Shown in pieces: positions 1 through 10,065 of a stretch of 64,000 bases of DNA (position 1 is its first letter; each line of letters starts with the position of its first letter). Made by a program: the position numbers and the translations under genes. The notes beneath the pieces were generated by a model. It worked only from the letters and a program-made list of their open reading frames with translations, ran no database searches and had not been told where the DNA came from. Origin of the DNA: an uncultured Acidobacteriota bacterium (GTDB lineage: Bacteria; Acidobacteriota; Vicinamibacteria; Vicinamibacterales; UBA2999); assembly GCA_963818645.1 (NCBI GenBank), contig CAWFTF010000008.1:36197-100196 (forward strand), in the 5' to 3' direction.

Positions 1-41
1 TCGAGCGCAGCGAGCTCGAAGAGAGGCTTCACGGAAGGCAT
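1..41 (-). CDS. 5' end of a hypothetical CDS running off the left edge
   Basis: ATG at 41 on the minus strand opens the frame MPSVKPLFELAAL, which continues to the window edge. Only 13 codons are visible. Confidence 0.2.
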   Translation of the reverse strand, partial: MPSVKPLFELAAL

Positions 42-50
42 TATAAGTCT

Positions 51-105
51 CGGGATTCGGGATTCGGGATTCGGGATCGGGTTCGGGGCTCGGGATCGCG
101 GTCCT
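51..105. repeat. Heptanucleotide tandem array (CGGGATT)n, degenerating at its right end
   Basis: Direct reading gives cgggatt cgggatt cgggatt cgggatc gggttcg gggctcg ggatcg. It lies in the spacer downstream of the pgl stop. Confidence 0.9.
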
Positions 106-152
106 GGTTCATTGTTCTCAGTTAGTGTTGCTCTCGTGTGTGACAGCGCAGG

Positions 153-861
153 TCACACGCGTGCGCCGGCCTCTTCGTCCAGCAGCACCAGCGGCCGTTG
201 CGCGCGACGGAGAACGAGCGACACCGGCAGCTGTGCATCCTTCTGTCGCAGCGCCTCCCGCATGATGGCGGCCTTCGATTCGCCAAGGGCCATCACGATT
301 ACGCGCTCGGCGCTTGTCAGCATCGGCAGCGTCAGCGTGAGCCGTCGTGGCGGTGGCTTCGGTGCGTCGACAATCGGCAGTGCCAGCCGATGTTCCTCGG
401 ACAGCGCCGAGTGTCCAGGAAAGAGCGACGCGACATGCCCGTCAGGTCCAACGCCCAATAACAACAGATCCAAACGCGGCGTCTTGCCGAGTACGCGAAC
501 GAGTTCCTCGCCGTAGGCAGCGGCTGCGGCTTTGAGATCAGCGTCGATCTGCGTGCATCGGGTGGATCGACGAACGGCTCGCGCCCGATTTCCGAAGCCA
601 CAGGGAATCCGCCAGTCCGAAGTTCGAATCGGGCGAGGACGCCGGCACGGCGCGCTCGTCTGCCCAGAAGATGTGCGTGACGTCCCAATCGAGGAGAACC
701 GTCGCAAGGACGGGGAAGCTGTGAATGCCGACAGATCCGCCGGGCAGCGCCATCGCGAACAGCCCGCGACGGGATCTGGCGTGCGCAGCCTCGACGCTGA
801 CATCAGCAGCGAGGCGATCGAGCAGTTGCCTGACCGGGGCGACCAGAACCTCGGGACGCAT
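153..861 (-). CDS. pgl: 6-phosphogluconolactonase with an apparent +1 frameshift near 545-552
   Basis: The N-terminal half is in ORF 538..861 (FAMALPGGSV, WDVTHIFWADERAVP, DSNFG). The C-terminal half is in ORF 153..803 (LLLLGVGPDGHVASLFPGH, PPPRRLTLTLP), one frame away. The start overlaps the zwf stop (TAATG). Confidence 0.85.
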
Positions 862-2264
862 TACTTCGCCACGAGTTGTGGGTCTGGTGCTGTCGTCGGC
901 ATCCAGCCGCCAAGGTCTTCAACGAGGCTATTGGCCTCGTCCGGTCCCCAGCTTCCGCATTCGTACATCGCCAGCGGCTTCGGCGCGTTCAACACAGGGT
1001 CGACGATCGCCCAGGCGGCTTCAACGACGTCCTGCCGAGCGAAGAGTGTGGCGTCTCCTGTCATCGCGTCGCCGAGCAGCCGCTCGTAGGGGCCGAGCCG
1101 CGTGCCGTGACCCTGTGCTGCCGTCGCGACGACCGACAGCGTCACGGGATCACCGGTCATGCCTTCTCCGGGACGCTTCGCCGACGCGCCGATATCGATC
1201 GCCACGTTCGGCGCCAACGTGAACCTCACGTAGTTGTCGCCGTGCGACGTCTCTCGAAACACGACCGGCGGCGCTTCTTTCAGGTTGACCACGATCTCGG
1301 TCGAGGTCGTGTGCAGACACTTGCCGGCGCGCACGTAGAAGGGGACACCTTCCCATCGCCACGAGTCCACGAAAAGGCGCATCGCCACGAACGTGGGCAC
1401 CTGTGAATCTGTCGCGACGCTGCGCTCATTGCGGTAGCCGCGAAACTGACCGACGACGACATCGGACGCGGAGAGTTGTCTCACGGTTCTCAGCACCTTT
1501 GCCTGCTCGTCGCGCACGGCCTCGTGATAGGTCGATGAGGGTGCCTCCATCGCGAGGTAGCTCACGATCTGCAGCAGATGGTTCTGCACGACGTCGCGGA
1601 TGACACCGGTCTCCTCGTAGAAGGCGCCGCGGCCCGCCACGCCGAAGTTCTCGGCCATCGTGATCTGCACGTGATCGACGTAGTGACGATTCCAGATCGG
1701 CTCGAGAAACGCGTTCGCGAATCGGAAGTACAGGATGTTCTGCACGGCTTCTTTCCCGAGGTAGTGATCGATGCGGAAGATCGCGTCCTCCGGGAAGACC
1801 GCGCGGAGCGTCGCGTTCAGTGAGCGCGCGGACTCGAGATCCCGGCCGAACGGTTTCTCGATGACCACCCGGGCGCCGTGCGCCGTGCAACCCGTTTCGG
1901 TCAGGTGCGTCACGACGGCCGGAAATGCCGTCGGTGGAATGGCCAGGTAATACAGCGGCCGCTGTGCGTTGCCCAGTGCCTGACGAAGACGCTCGAACGT
2001 GCTCGAGTCGTTGTAGTCGCCGGAAACGAGCTGGAACAACGCAGCGAGCTTGTCGAATACGGCCTGCTCGAAGCTGCCATCGGCCACGAGGCTGGCCCGC
2101 GCCCGTTCGATGAGATTGTCGAGTGTGCCCGAGCGTGCGACGCCGATCACGGGCACCGTCAACCGGCCACGACGGACCAGCGCGTGAAGAGCGGGAAAGA
2201 TCTTCTTGTATGCGAGGTCGCCCGTGATCCCGAAGATCACGAGCGCATCAGAGCGTTCGTGCAT
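861..2264 (-). CDS. zwf: Glucose-6-phosphate 1-dehydrogenase
   Basis: Motifs [17 protein letters not shown] (dinucleotide binding), EKPFG and RIDHYLGKE (active-site nonapeptide). The start is taken at [12 protein letters not shown], whose ATG overlaps the gnd stop (TGATG). Confidence 0.95.
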   Translation of the reverse strand: MHERSDALVIFGITGDLAYKKIFPALHALVRRGRLTVPVIGVARSGTLDNLIERARASLVADGSFEQAVFDKLAALFQLVSGDYNDSSTFERLRQALGNAQRPLYYLAIPPTAFPAVVTHLTETGCTAHGARVVIEKPFGRDLESARSLNATLRAVFPEDAIFRIDHYLGKEAVQNILYFRFANAFLEPIWNRHYVDHVQITMAENFGVAGRGAFYEETGVIRDVVQNHLLQIVSYLAMEAPSSTYHEAVRDEQAKVLRTVRQLSASDVVVGQFRGYRNERSVATDSQVPTFVAMRLFVDSWRWEGVPFYVRAGKCLHTTSTEIVVNLKEAPPVVFRETSHGDNYVRFTLAPNVAIDIGASAKRPGEGMTGDPVTLSVVATAAQGHGTRLGPYERLLGDAMTGDATLFARQDVVEAAWAIVDPVLNAPKPLAMYECGSWGPDEANSLVEDLGGWMPTTAPDPQLVAK

Positions 2265-3259
2265 CACGATTTCTCCGCGTGCCCGCCGAAGCCCCACCGC
2301 ATGGCCGAGAGGACGCGATTCTGGAAGTCGGCTTCACCACGAGAGGCGAAGCGTTGAAACAGCGCCGTCGCGAGTACCGGCGTCGGCGCGCTCACATCGT
2401 TCGCTGCGGCCAGGGCCCAGCGACCTTCACCGGAGTCAGAGACTCGGCCCGCAAAGCTGTCGAGCGATCCGTTCTGCGCGAACGCCAGCGCCGTCAGGTC
2501 GAGGAGCCACGAGCTGATCACGCTGCCGTGCCGCCACACTTCGGCGATCGACGCCATGTCGAAGTCGTAGCGATAGTGCTCGGGATGGCGAAGCGGGGTC
2601 GTTTCGGCGTCGTGCTCAACCGAGCTCTTTCCCGCGTTCGCATGCTTGAGGACGTTGAAGCCCTCCGCATAGGCGGCCATCAGCCCGTACTCGATCGCGT
2701 TGTGAATCATCTTCACGAAGTGGCCTGCACCGGGAGGTCCGCAGTGGAGATAACCGCGCAAGGCGGTGCTGCCTGAGGTTGGTCCGCCGGACGCCCCGCC
2801 GGGAGACAAGGCGGCGAACATCGGATCGAGCCGTGCGACGACATCCTCGTCACCACCAATCATCAGGCAGAAGCCGCGCTCGAGTCCCCACACGCCGCCG
2901 CTCGTGCCCATGTCCACGTAGCGGATGCCGTGCGGCGTCAGGCGCGCGTGACGGGCAATGTCATCCTGAAAAAGGGAGTTGCCTCCGTCGATGACGACGT
3001 CCTGCGGTCGCAGGAGAGGAACCAGCTCATCGAGCAGCGCGTCAACTGCCCCGACTGGAACCATCACACAGAGCACGCGCGGCGTCGAGAGCCGCGCAGC
3101 GAAATCGGCGAGCGACGTAGCGCCGGTCGCACCCTCTGTGACGAGTGAGTGAACTGCGTTGGAGGACCGGTCGAAGACGACCAGTGAATGGCCGGCGCGC
3201 ATCAGCCGGCGCACCATGTTCGAGCCCATGCGGCCCAGCCCAATCATTCCGATCTGCAT
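2264..3259 (-). CDS. gnd: 6-phosphogluconate dehydrogenase, decarboxylating, short (about 330 aa) form
   Basis: [19 protein letters not shown] Rossmann motif at ATG 3259, preceded by GGAGAAGG. The 50-aa N-terminal extension in the ORF track is Arg/Pro-rich and unsupported. Confidence 0.9.
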   Translation of the reverse strand: MQIGMIGLGRMGSNMVRRLMRAGHSLVVFDRSSNAVHSLVTEGATGATSLADFAARLSTPRVLCVMVPVGAVDALLDELVPLLRPQDVVIDGGNSLFQDDIARHARLTPHGIRYVDMGTSGGVWGLERGFCLMIGGDEDVVARLDPMFAALSPGGASGGPTSGSTALRGYLHCGPPGAGHFVKMIHNAIEYGLMAAYAEGFNVLKHANAGKSSVEHDAETTPLRHPEHYRYDFDMASIAEVWRHGSVISSWLLDLTALAFAQNGSLDSFAGRVSDSGEGRWALAAANDVSAPTPVLATALFQRFASRGEADFQNRVLSAMRWGFGGHAEKS

Positions 3260-3317
3260 GCCTTCTCCCGTCTGTGAGGAAAAGGCCAGTATAGGACGGT
3301 GGGGTCGGGAGTGTTGG

Positions 3318-4928
3318 TCAGCGCTGCAGCAGGTGTGCGTCGCCGTAGCCGGGAAGTTCACGAATGCGCAAGAGATCACGCGCGGCGGTCTGCGCGTCCT
3401 CGTAGCCATCGATGCGAATCTGCAGCACGAGACCGCGAGGAGGCCCGAGATTGAACTCCACCGCGCGTGCGCGAAAGCCTGCCTCCCCGAGCTCCGTCAC
3501 GAGACGGTCCGCGCGGTTCCGGCTCGAAAACGATGCGACCTGTATCGAGTAGCTGCCGTCATTGGCCTGCACGGTCGCGAGCGGCGCCGCTGAAGCCGCG
3601 ACCTCGCTGGCAATCGTCTGTCCCGGCGGCGTTGCTGCCTGGATGGACGTCCATCCAGGACGCGCTGGCAACGCGACCGCATCGACATCGACTGACTGCG
3701 CCTGGTAGAACAGAAAACCAGCCGCCATGCCACCGGCGACTGCGAGCGCCAGGACCAGCAACGCCAGAACGATGCGGGTCGAGCGCGATCCGCTCAGCGG
3801 CCCGGCGAGTTCGGCTTCCGTGGCGAACTCGGACAGGATCTGAGGTGAACGCGAGAGATGTGTCACCGGCATCGCCGTCGACGTGATGATCTCGATGACC
3901 GGAGGATCTGTCGTCACCGCCGCCGGCTTCTTCACTTCCGATGGCAGTTCGACGCGGGTCACGTCGGCTTCCGGGACCGGAGCCTCGAGGCCCAGTGACG
4001 TGATCGCCTCGTGAATCAGCGACGACTCGATGAGCATCGCGCGACTCTTGTAGCCGCGCTGGAGCGCTCGATCGCAAATCAGATTGATCAGGCGTGGCAC
4101 GCCTCCGGACGCCTTGAAGATCGTGCCGATGGCGCCATCGGAGAACTGAACGTGACTGCCGCCATCGCTCGCCACATGGAGGCGATGACAGACGTACTTG
4201 CCGACATCGGTCAGTCCGAGCGCCGTCAGTTCGCAGCGCACGGAGACTCGCTGATCGACCTGCCGCATCTGCGGCATCTTCAGGTGTTCTTTGAGCTCGG
4301 GCTGACCCACGAGCACGACCTGCAACAGCTTCTCGCGCTGTTCGAGGTCCGAGAGGATGCGGATCTCCTCGAGCAGTCCGAGCGGCAGGTTCTGCGCTTC
4401 GTCAATGATCATGACGGCGAAGGCCTGCAGCGGCACGAGCGAATCGAGGAACTCGTACAGTGGATAGCTCAGATCCGGCCGTGACGCGCCTGCAAGGCTG
4501 CCGCGTTTCAGATCGGTGAGCGAGACGACGCCGAAGTCCACGAGCAGCATCTTGAGCAAGTCTTCGCGCGACACGAACGGGTCCGGCACGAAGGCCGTGA
4601 ACGTCCGTCGATCGAGATGTTGCAGGACCGATCGAATCAGTGTGGTCTTGCCCGTGCCGATCTCACCGGTCAGGACGATGAGCCCTTCGCGGCGGCGAAT
4701 GCCGGTGAGCAGTTCTTCGAATGCCGGAGCGTGCGCGGGGCTGCGATAGAGAAATCGGGGATCAGCGGAGAGGCTGAACGGTTTTTCCTTGAGGCCGTAG
4801 TGCGGCTCGTACGTGAGCGACGGGGAAGGGCTGGCAGGCACGACATGTCCCTGCAGCTCGAATGGTCCCGGGGTGGACCTGGCTGCCCATTCCGACCCGA
4901 AAGTCGCGTTCGGCACCTGCTGGCTCAC
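3318..4928 (-). CDS. ExeA/GspA-like AAA+ ATPase with a TM segment and a C-terminal SPOR-like peptidoglycan-binding domain
   Basis: Walker A GEIGTGKTT and Walker B IIDEAQNL. TM helix IVLALLVLALAVAGGMAAGFLF. C-terminal YSIQVASFSSRNRADRLVTELGEAGFRARAV resembles SPOR. GTG start with AAGGGGG upstream. Confidence 0.8.
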   Translation of the reverse strand: MSQQVPNATFGSEWAARSTPGPFELQGHVVPASPSPSLTYEPHYGLKEKPFSLSADPRFLYRSPAHAPAFEELLTGIRRREGLIVLTGEIGTGKTTLIRSVLQHLDRRTFTAFVPDPFVSREDLLKMLLVDFGVVSLTDLKRGSLAGASRPDLSYPLYEFLDSLVPLQAFAVMIIDEAQNLPLGLLEEIRILSDLEQREKLLQVVLVGQPELKEHLKMPQMRQVDQRVSVRCELTALGLTDVGKYVCHRLHVASDGGSHVQFSDGAIGTIFKASGGVPRLINLICDRALQRGYKSRAMLIESSLIHEAITSLGLEAPVPEADVTRVELPSEVKKPAAVTTDPPVIEIITSTAMPVTHLSRSPQILSEFATEAELAGPLSGSRSTRIVLALLVLALAVAGGMAAGFLFYQAQSVDVDAVALPARPGWTSIQAATPPGQTIASEVAASAAPLATVQANDGSYSIQVASFSSRNRADRLVTELGEAGFRARAVEFNLGPPRGLVLQIRIDGYEDAQTAARDLLRIRELPGYGDAHLLQR

Positions 4929-5006
4929 GGCGTGCCCCCTTACTACCGGCGGATCTGGTTACTCGCGGTTGCTGTGGGTATCGGCGGGACGGGGGAGGAA
5001 CTGCAC

Positions 5007-5076
5007 TCGGGATTCGGGATTCGGGATTCGGGATCCGGGACCCGGGATCCGGGATTCGGGATTCGGGATTCGGGAT
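5007..5076. repeat. Heptanucleotide tandem array (CGGGATT)n with a GGATCC/CCCGGG-rich centre
   Basis: Direct reading. About 10 units of 7 nt upstream (minus-strand sense) of the ExeA-like gene. Its orientation is opposite to the array at 5671..5723. Confidence 0.9.
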
Positions 5077-5118
5077 GCCCGCGCCAAGTCGGCGTTTGCG
5101 CTGACGCGTGAGATCTAT

Positions 5119-5655
5119 GGTTCCGGCAGGCTCCTGCGGAGATGTGAAGTATCTGCGTCGAGGCGAACACTAGGATAGTACCGATCAGATACGCCAGTCC
5201 GCCTACTTTCGAAACGAAGCGCCAGTTCCAGTTGGGCCTCGACCTCAGCGTGGAGCCCAGCGCTCGATTACGTAGTTGCGATAAGGTGCGTGCCCTATCG
5301 TGATCTTCGACGACCTGGCAGATGGGAATGCTTACTGCGGTCGACGGAAGCTGAGAAGTCAGGCCAACGCGATCGTTCCTCGCGAGGGAAGGAACTCGTC
5401 AGCACTAGACATCCTCTCAGTACGACACGCCGCAGTTGCCATCCCCTCGCTCATCGCGGAAGGGCAGTGAACGAGCACCACGATCCTACCGCAACTACGG
5501 ATCGCGCTAGGGATTCGCAGGCTGAGTGTGAAACTCAGATGGAACTCGCACTACGGCTCGCGTTCGCTCCGCCTGCTCGGCTTCGACCGGTGAGCTTGTT
5601 GTTAAGTCGAGTGGGTCAGGTGCTTCACGGCCTGGCCCGAAGCCTGCCGGAAACC
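5119..5655. other. About 540-nt element without an ORF, with terminal inverted repeats. Candidate structured ncRNA or MITE-like element, strand unknown.
   Basis: ggttccggcaggct (5119-5132) is complementary to agcctgccggaaacc (5641-5655). A nested 10-bp pairing joins 5271-5280 to 5490-5499. Local hairpin ctgagt-gtgaa-actcag lies at 5522-5538. No convincing ORF on either strand. By eye the stretch is less GC-rich than its flanks. Confidence 0.4.
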
Positions 5656-5670
5656 TAGCGGGGACGAACT

Positions 5671-5723
5671 CGATTCCGGACCCCGAATCCCGGGCCCCGG
5701 ATCCCGAATCCCGGATCCCGGGC
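5671..5723. repeat. Heptanucleotide tandem array (GAATCCC/GGATCCC)n, inverted relative to 5007..5076
   Basis: Direct reading gives cgattcc ggacccc gaatccc gggcccc ggatccc gaatccc ggatccc, immediately downstream of the ABC permease stop. Confidence 0.9.
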
Positions 5724-5727
5724 CGAC

Positions 5728-6915
5728 TCACCGTCCAAGAATGATGTGTTCGCTCTTGAACAGTCCGGTCGTGATTCGAATGAGAATCGCGCTGGCGAGC
5801 AGGCAGGTCGCTGCCGACGTGAGAAACGCGGTCGAGTTGGGGGCGCGTCCGCCAAGGACGTCGGTGAGAAGAACGTAGGGTCCGAGCATCGGGATGGCGT
5901 AGTTCCAGGCGGCTTTGCCGATTGGATACAGCGCGGACAGGATGCCCGGCAGCATCGGCCCGAGAATGAGGACGCCCATATAGGTCTGCGCCTCTTTGAA
6001 CGATCGCGCGAGCGTGGCCACCGCGGCCTGCAGTGCCGCAGTGAACAGACACATCGGCCCGACCGCGAGCAGAATCGGAACCACGTGCTGGGGACCGATC
6101 TCGAGACGGATGCCCATGTCCTCGAGGCTGAGCAGCCTGGTGATTTGAGCACACAGCACCGTCGTCAGGCATACGCTGACGATCGCAGCGAGCGTTGCAG
6201 CCATCCACTTGCCCGCGACGAATGCGACGCGCGGCGCCGGATTCACGAGCAGAGGTTCGAGCGACCCGCGCTCGCGCTCGCCAGCGGTCGAGTCCGTTGC
6301 GATCTGCATGCCGCCCACGAAGCCGGCGACCATGATGAACATCGGGATGAACGTCAGGATCTGCGCTGCGCGCTGCTGCGCGGTGGAGACTTCGATCTCT
6401 TCGACCGCCAGCGGCCGCACGGCAGCCGGGCTCACGCCGCGCATGATGAGGCGCAGGCTGCTGATCTCGGCCGCGTACTGCTGCAAGAGGAGTTGCACGC
6501 GCTGCACGGACGGTCGAACGTCGTTACGTGAGCTGTCCGCGACGAGTTGCAGCGGAGCAGGGCGCGACGATCGAAACCGCTCGGCGAAGTCGTCAGGCAC
6601 GATCACCACGACCGCTTCGCGCTGCTCGCGCACCGCCTTCTCCGCCTCGGCCGGTCCTTCGACGACCTCCACGCCCCCCTGCTGATTCAGCCAGTTGACC
6701 AGTGCGGGCGCACGGCCCATGCCCACGACGGGAATGCGTACGACATCGGCGTCGCGCTGTCGATCGGCGAGCTTGTTCATCATGAAGCCGACGAGAACAG
6801 GGCCGATCACCACGCTGAACAGGATCGACCACAGCGCGCGTCGATCGCGCAGCGAATCCCTGAGCTCCTTCCGGCAGACGATGAGCGTCTGACGCAGTGT
6901 CCGCGATGCGCTCAC
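5728..6915 (-). CDS. ABC-2 type transporter permease (NatB-like)
   Basis: 395 aa. N-terminal TM helix, large extracytoplasmic loop and a C-terminal cluster of about 5 TM helices. The start overlaps the stop of the upstream ATPase gene by 4 nt. Confidence 0.8.
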   Translation of the reverse strand: MSASRTLRQTLIVCRKELRDSLRDRRALWSILFSVVIGPVLVGFMMNKLADRQRDADVVRIPVVGMGRAPALVNWLNQQGGVEVVEGPAEAEKAVREQREAVVVIVPDDFAERFRSSRPAPLQLVADSSRNDVRPSVQRVQLLLQQYAAEISSLRLIMRGVSPAAVRPLAVEEIEVSTAQQRAAQILTFIPMFIMVAGFVGGMQIATDSTAGERERGSLEPLLVNPAPRVAFVAGKWMAATLAAIVSVCLTTVLCAQITRLLSLEDMGIRLEIGPQHVVPILLAVGPMCLFTAALQAAVATLARSFKEAQTYMGVLILGPMLPGILSALYPIGKAAWNYAIPMLGPYVLLTDVLGGRAPNSTAFLTSAATCLLASAILIRITTGLFKSEHIILGR

Positions 6916-7646
6916 TCGTGCGCTCCTCGATCGAGGCCGGCGAGCGCGACGAATGCATCCTCGAGATTCTGATGGCCGGTATGTTGACGAAGTTCGTCGG
7001 GCGTGCCGTGGGCGACCACGCGTCCCGCGGCGATCACGACAATCGAGTCGCAGAGTGCCGACACTTCCTGCATGACATGGCTCGAGAACAGCACGCAGCG
7101 GCCCTGGTCGCGAAGTCGCCGAACGATCGAGCGCACGGCGCGCGTGCTCATCACGTCGAGGCCGTTGGTGGGTTCGTCGAGCAGGACGTTCTGCGGGTCG
7201 TGCACGAGCGCGCGAGCCAGCGCCACCTTCGTGCGCTCGCCATGTGAGAAGCCGGCGGTGCGCCGATCCGCGATCGCGCGCATGTCGAGCAGGTCGAGCA
7301 GTTCCTCGGTTCGCTTCGCGAGCCGATCGCTGTCGATTCCCTGGAGTGCGCCGAAGTAGTCGAGATGTTCACGGGCGGTGAGACGTGGATAGAGGCCGAA
7401 GCCATCCGGCAGCACGCCGAGCCTGGCTTGCGCCGCCTGCGGCGTCGCCACGGCATCCACATCGTCCACACGCACCTCGCCGCTGTCGGGTTTCATCACG
7501 GCGTAGAGCATCCGGAGTGTCGTGGTCTTCCCTGCGCCGTTCGGGCCAAGGAGACCGGTTATCGCGCCGTCTTGTGCGACAAAGCTCACGCCATCGACGG
7601 CTGTGACGCTTCCGAATTGTTTGCGGGCGTTGGCAATCTGGATCAT
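6912..7646 (-). CDS. ABC transporter ATP-binding protein (NatA-like)
   Basis: Walker A GPNGAGKTT, signature-like FSHGERTKV, Walker B VLLDEPTNGLD. The start is taken at MIQIANARKQFG (ATG 7646), overlapping the hydrolase stop (ATGA). The upstream 146 aa of the ORF track are Arg-rich noise. Confidence 0.9.
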   Translation of the reverse strand: MIQIANARKQFGSVTAVDGVSFVAQDGAITGLLGPNGAGKTTTLRMLYAVMKPDSGEVRVDDVDAVATPQAAQARLGVLPDGFGLYPRLTAREHLDYFGALQGIDSDRLAKRTEELLDLLDMRAIADRRTAGFSHGERTKVALARALVHDPQNVLLDEPTNGLDVMSTRAVRSIVRRLRDQGRCVLFSSHVMQEVSALCDSIVVIAAGRVVAHGTPDELRQHTGHQNLEDAFVALAGLDRGAHE

Positions 7647-9154
7647 TTGGCGGTGCTGTCGCCCTCCGACGGATCGGGCCCTGCGGGAGTGAGGAAGAAG
7701 GGAGGACGGCGGACGTCGCCGACGCAGTCGGTTTCGAGGCCGTCCACCGATCCGCGTTTGATGAAGTCGCTGACGATGCGATTCCCGCACGGCGTCATCA
7801 CGACTCCGTGGCCCGTTGAGGGCATGATGAGGTGCTTCCCGTGAGAGAGGTGCTTCACGACCGATTCGCCCCAGACGGGCGGCGTGACGGGATCGACCTC
7901 GCCCGACAGCACGAGCGCGGGTACGTCGGAGATCACCGGACGGTAGTAGTCGTCGTGGACCGTTCCCCTGGGCCATATCGCGCATGCCTCGAGCTGGCTG
8001 CCAATCAGGTGCGAGCCGAAGACTGACTTCGATGTCTGGTGCGCGAGCTCGTCGGGAGACACGCGAGACGCATCCTCGCTGCACAACACCGAGAGCTGCA
8101 TCCCGATGCTCATGTCCTCGCCGGCGCCTTCGCCCGCGAGCGCAAGAGCGAAGAGTCCCTGGTAGTCGTCCTTCTCAGCGCGATCGACGAGCGCCGGAAC
8201 GATCGACGCTGTAAGAGGAGAGTAGAGCGCGTTGAAGATGACGCTCGAGACCAGTCGTGCATCCACATCGACTTCCTCGGCGATGCCCGTGCGTGGATGA
8301 ACGATCCGCACGTGACGCGGATGCCGATCCAGGCTCGTGATCAGGTTTCGGATCCGTGATGCCATCGCAGGGAACGTCCCGTTGCAGGCCGATTCCGCTT
8401 CGCAGTCCGCGAGCGCTTTATCCAGTGCGTGCTGCGCGTCGCGAGCCGTGAAGAGCGGCAGCCGCATGTCGGTCGGCGCGACACCATCCAGCACGATCGA
8501 TCGCACGTGCTCGCCGTGCTGCCGGACGTAGACGAGTGCCGCGCGAGTGCCGTACGACCCGCCGTAAAGGTTGATACGGTCGTATCCGAGGACCGCGCGG
8601 ACGTCGTCCAGATCGTCCATCGCGATGTCTGTCGTGTAGAGGCGAACGTCGGCGTCGTACCCGTCGAGGCACCGGCGAAGCCGGGTGAGCGCTGCCGCGC
8701 TCCCCTCGGTCATCTCCCGAAGCGAGCTGGCACCGGAGCGGCAGTTCAAGGGGTTGGACTTTCCGGTACCACGCTGATCGACCAGCACGATGTCCCGCGT
8801 CCGTTGAACCTGACGGAAGACGCCGCGTACCTGGCTGGCCAACTGGGCTGCGGCCTGTCCGGGGCCTCCGGCCAGAAAGAACAAAGGATCGTCACTTGCC
8901 GTCGAAGCAAGCGACGGAAGCACGACAACCCAAAGCCGTATTTGACGTCCAATAGCGGTGTGGCGGTTTTCGAAGACCGTCACGGTCCCACACAAGGCGT
9001 CGGTCGGACCCTCGCTGCTCAGGCACGGGTGAAGGCGGTCGAGCGACCGATGCGATTCGGCCGCGTTGCAGGCGCCTGCGACCAACGTCAGGAGCAGGCA
9101 AATGGTCAGACCGCTCTTGCGCGGGATGGTTCCGATAAGCGACTTTGTTGCCAT
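7643..9154 (-). CDS. Secreted alpha/beta hydrolase, S33 tripeptidyl-aminopeptidase-like lipoprotein
   Basis: Lipobox-like LVAGAC. Oxyanion region FFLAGGPGQA, nucleophile elbow GGSYG, TAP-like C-terminal region. First gene of the hydrolase/ABC operon. Confidence 0.8.
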   Translation of the reverse strand: MATKSLIGTIPRKSGLTICLLLTLVAGACNAAESHRSLDRLHPCLSSEGPTDALCGTVTVFENRHTAIGRQIRLWVVVLPSLASTASDDPLFFLAGGPGQAAAQLASQVRGVFRQVQRTRDIVLVDQRGTGKSNPLNCRSGASSLREMTEGSAAALTRLRRCLDGYDADVRLYTTDIAMDDLDDVRAVLGYDRINLYGGSYGTRAALVYVRQHGEHVRSIVLDGVAPTDMRLPLFTARDAQHALDKALADCEAESACNGTFPAMASRIRNLITSLDRHPRHVRIVHPRTGIAEEVDVDARLVSSVIFNALYSPLTASIVPALVDRAEKDDYQGLFALALAGEGAGEDMSIGMQLSVLCSEDASRVSPDELAHQTSKSVFGSHLIGSQLEACAIWPRGTVHDDYYRPVISDVPALVLSGEVDPVTPPVWGESVVKHLSHGKHLIMPSTGHGVVMTPCGNRIVSDFIKRGSVDGLETDCVGDVRRPPFFLTPAGPDPSEGDSTAK

Positions 9155-9239
9155 TGGGGTCTAAACGACGAGGTTTCACACTAGAATCGCAACTTAAGGG
9201 TTTTCGGTCTCAGAACGGAAAGACAGAAGGGCTGAGAAC

Positions 9240-9965
9240 ATGAGTGACGCTGCACCACAGTCCAGTCTGGCATCGGAGGCGTACTCCGTCGTTCGCCAGC
9301 GCATCCTCAGTGGCACCATAGGTTTGGGGCAGGTAATCTCGCGCCGGAAGCTGGCCGCCGAGCTCCGCATGAGTTTTTTACCCGTATCCGAAGCGTTGCT
9401 GCGACTTGAAGTTGAAGGGTTGCTCGAGAGTCGTCCGCGTGCGGGCACCCGCGTCCGGATTCCCTCCGCCGAGGATGTGCAGGGGCATTACGTCGTCCGT
9501 GAAGCACTCGAAGTCCAGGCCGCGCTGCGCTTTGCGGCGTTTGCAACACCCCGTGAGCGCTTCGAGCTGAAGAAGCTGGCCAGCCGGGTTGACGTTCTGG
9601 GCACCCAGTCCGATCGCATGCTGTATCAAAGCGTGCATTTGAAGCTACATTCCCGAATCGCGCAGAACGCGCGGTGCCCGGCTCTCTTGGAACAGATCGA
9701 GAAAACGCACGCACTTGCGTCGATCTGGTACTGCGTCCTGCGGCAGCCGAGCCCCACGGATCCGACCACCCGCCATACCGAATTGGCTGATGCGCTGTGC
9801 GATGGCGAGCCCCATCAGGTGGCCGATGCCGTGCGCCAGCATCTGGCGGTCGCCATGACTCGTTCGATGGAAGTGCTCCAGCCGTACTTCAAGCTGCGGA
9901 AGCTCACCGGCACTACCTTCTACCGGAGCGATCGCCGGCCCGGAAGTGACCCGATCGCGCACTAG
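9240..9965 (+). CDS. GntR-family transcriptional regulator (FadR/FCD-type C-terminal domain)
   Basis: N-terminal winged HTH (VVRQRILSGTIGLGQVISRRKLAAELRMSFLPVSEALLRLEVEGLLESRPRAGTRV) followed by an all-helical C-terminal domain. Divergent from the hydrolase operon. Confidence 0.85.
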   Translation: MSDAAPQSSLASEAYSVVRQRILSGTIGLGQVISRRKLAAELRMSFLPVSEALLRLEVEGLLESRPRAGTRVRIPSAEDVQGHYVVREALEVQAALRFAAFATPRERFELKKLASRVDVLGTQSDRMLYQSVHLKLHSRIAQNARCPALLEQIEKTHALASIWYCVLRQPSPTDPTTRHTELADALCDGEPHQVADAVRQHLAVAMTRSMEVLQPYFKLRKLTGTTFYRSDRRPGSDPIAH

Positions 9966-10065
9966 GTCTCCGGCCGCCTCGATCCGGGGCGGCTGACCTA
10001 TTAAAATCGGCCTGTTATTTGAGATAGCTCTGGCTTCGACCGCCTTCTCACCCTGTTCTGCACCG

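Noticed and set aside
5119-5655. tmRNA or RNase P RNA.
   Set aside because: On neither strand could I find a tRNA-like 3' end or T-arm, a plausible tag ORF ending in (A)LAA, or the RNase P GAGGAAAGUCC-type conserved region. It is kept only as an unclassified candidate.
7647-8084. N-terminal 146-aa extension of the ABC ATPase ORF, and likewise 3260..3409 for gnd.
   Set aside because: The extensions overlap the upstream gene, are Arg/Pro-rich, and precede a canonical family N-terminus that has its own start codon.
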